From positions 496,001-560,000 of the forward strand of contig OZ237757.1 in NCBI GenBank assembly GCA_965178125.1: a stretch of DNA of 64,000 bases. The letters are read 5' to 3'. Under the pieces are notes generated by a model. The model ran no database searches and was not told the DNA's origin. It saw only the letters and a list, made by a program, of their open reading frames with translations. The stretch is from Bilabrum cf. latius (lineage: Eukaryota). Below are positions 61,645 to 64,000 of this stretch, in pieces. Every line of letters starts with the position of its first letter. Positions within the stretch are counted from its first letter, which is position 1. A program made the position numbers and the translations under genes.

Positions 61645-64000
61645 ATGTTGGCCAATGAAGCGCTGAGAATGCTTGTTCTAGCGTCCATACTGGCCTCGAT
61701 CCTGCTCGCGAACGCCGTGAATGCCGATTCACAGCCAAGCACGTCCGAAACTAGCGAAGACCGGCGTTGCAATGCTCCCGATGTGCTAAACTAGCTAGGT
61801 ATATCATATTTACCGTTCACTATGACAGCTACTGGTGTTCCAGGGCACCGTTTGGGACGAGTGGTCGAAGCCACGTGCGGATCCTACAGCTGCATCCGTC
61901 CAGCCTGTATGCCAGAACATGTGAGCTAGCTGAAACGAACTAAGAAACTTTCTACCTATATCAAAGTATGACGCCGACGTAAAGTAAGATTTAAGCAAAC
62001 CCTGTCCCAAGACAGCAAAAAATCGCTACGGCCGTCATTCGCAGCTCCATGCAGTGAAGACCTAGCGCGCGTATTCATCAGTCCAGACACACTCGACTGA
62101 GTCAACAGTAGAAAAAGCAGAGATGATAGCTCGTCAAGCCGGGTTCTCTGCATCTTACGGCCCGGTTGGAATGGGATTCGGCTACATCTTCGAATCCTCT
62201 ACAGAGACGGCTAAAGGATCACAGGGATTTGAAGTCATTTCGACCCGGCACATCGACGTGATTGACTACTCTTTGAAGCCAAGTTCATGGTTTACTGCGT
62301 GTTTTGCCGAGTACCCCCAGGGAACTCCAGGGTCTGCCGAAATGCTGCAAGTCCCATCAAGTTTCCGAGACATGTCGCAAGAACCGCCGACGGCAGAATC
62401 AGGTCGCTTGAGTTGTGATCGTCTTTTTACCCAGTCGGCCCTCTCGGATGCATTTGAGAAAGCATCTCAAGGATTACCTGTTCCGGAATCTCTGCTCTCC
62501 GAGTAGTTGCCGAGGTATCAATCTGAGCGGCTTGCAGTTCTGGAGCAAGCATCCGAAATCATTCAGAACTATTATGCAGAGTTCGTGCGGTAGTATGGAG
62601 CAATGACTATTGCAAACATAAGCTTAGGCGGGGAGTTGTCGGCAGTTCACAGCTTCGCTTCCGAAAATCTTGCTGCAGAAGACAAGCTTGAGATCGGACT
62701 CTAGCTTCAGGCCGGTATTGACAGCGAGTCTGCATTCAACTTGGGGGATCTGCTGGCTTCTGCAAGTGGAATAACATCGACTGAAACCCACTTGAACTAC
62801 AGCAAGGTTATCGATGGCCTGAAGGACGTGACTTCGACTGCGTATTACTCTCGATCGGAGCGGCAAAAAGGAGCTTCAAGTGAGCGTATCCTGAACATCC
62901 TGAGCGCAGCAGCCCACGGTGGAAAATTCGTGTTAGACATGAGCATGAAGTACAGCACATCGTAGCAGGTTCGCATCGCGAATACCGCGAAAAATGTTAG
63001 GCATACCGCTACGGGCGGCAAGCCGGAACTGATCACTATTGGTGGTGCATCCAACGTGGGGGATTCGCAGGCCAACGCTCACATGGAGTGGTCTGCCTCA
63101 GTACAAGACTTCCCAAGCGTGGTTCGAAGCGTGTCCATCCCCACCAGCGCGTTCATGGCCTTCGGCGACAGGTTCGCCTGCACCCGCCTGCTGGAGGCTT
63201 CCGACCAGCCCCACCTGTACGCCACCGAGGCCGACAGGGAGAGAGACTTCCGCGCGTGCTTCGCCTCGGGGTCCGGCCACCTGCTGAAGGATGACGACAG
63301 CACGCGAGAAGTGGAAGCGCACGAGCTGCCCCTCGTGTCGCGCTGGCGCAAGGCCCTGGTGCGGGCCGCCACCGAGGCCCGTCTGCGGGATGCCACCCGG
63401 CTGTCGTCGACGTTCGAGGCGGCTCGCACCGCGGGCGAGGTGATCCGCAGGGGCATGGAGATGTCGGATGGCGAGTGCAAGGACCTGTCAGAGCTGGTCC
63501 GGTGGTACACCATGATGCGGCTCACGGACTGGCCCGAGCTGGCCCCGATGGAGCCTGTGGACTGCGACAGGCGCGGGGAGCAGCCGCAGGGTGGGCGCCG
63601 GGGCCTGCACAGTCTGTCGACCGAGGACAAGACCATACTGGGGAACAAGGGACAGGACGCGAACAAGTACAAGGGGCACGCCACGGACCACTGCAGGGCC
63701 TGTCTGAACACAGTGCACGCCTACCTGACGTACAGCGCGCAGACCGGGCCTGGGCCACACAACCTGCAGTGCACGACGGTATCGAGCTTCACGCCCCCAT
63801 CTAGCTTGCAGTGCAATGCGTTCGCGCAGCTGTGGGGCGTGTCCGCCGACTCGGAGACGAAGGAAAGACGCATCGCCCGCCACTGCTCGATGCTGCCGCT
63901 GGAGGTGGAGCAGGGGCTGCGGCTGCACGCGGCACTGGACACGAAGCGGGAGGTGCAGGCGGGCACCGAGACTCGGATCGAGCCGCCGAAGTGCCGTGTG
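61645..64000 (+). CDS. MACPF/perforin-like protein 2 (intron 61921-62044; runs off the window end)
   Basis: Signal peptide MLVLASILASILLANAVNA and LN*LGISY. Signature YAEFVR*YGAMTIANISLGGEL, plus TGGKP...EWSASVQDFPSVVRSVSIPTSAFM. Six in-frame TAGs and no TAA/TGA up to the window end. Confidence 0.8.

Noticed and set aside
135-64000. Region-wide pseudogenisation or sequencing error as the cause of the broken ORFs
   Set aside because: The interruptions are exclusively TAG with the frame preserved, they fall at Gln positions, and five are shared by both paralogues.
135-64000. TAG as pyrrolysine, Leu, Tyr or Glu
   Set aside because: Aligned counterparts are mostly Gln/CAG (five paralogue sites plus PCYT2 and CBP20), with only two Glu and one Leu. 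No pyl genes are present in the window.

Overview
This is eukaryotic (protist-type), GC-rich, gene-dense and intron-poor nuclear DNA with about 15 protein-coding genes. The main result is that TAG behaves as a sense codon, almost certainly Gln, while TGA and TAA remain stops. Every reconstructed gene has in-frame TAGs (roughly 70 by hand count), some at conserved Gln positions (PCYT2 'LRQARA', CBP20 'EEQI'). TAG also interchanges with CAG at five aligned sites between two paralogues. The supplied ORF track is therefore fragmented. Read with TAG=Gln, the window holds: a secreted Cys-rich protein, a hypothetical protein, CBP20/NCBP2, a beta-trefoil-like repeat protein, ethanolamine-phosphate cytidylyltransferase, an RluA-type pseudouridine synthase, an ABC-F ATPase, a ricin-B-like secreted protein, a repeat-module type I membrane protein, a greatly expanded CYFIP/PIR121, TRMO, and a head-to-head pair of MACPF (perforin-like) genes. 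It also holds two tail-to-tail copies of a giant (~4,700 aa) kelch/F-type lectin/cadherin/IPT/~9-TM surface protein. These copies form a ~13.7-kb-arm inverted repeat whose divergence is concentrated in putative ligand-binding domains. The organism cannot be determined from this window; a stramenopile flagellate is only an inference.
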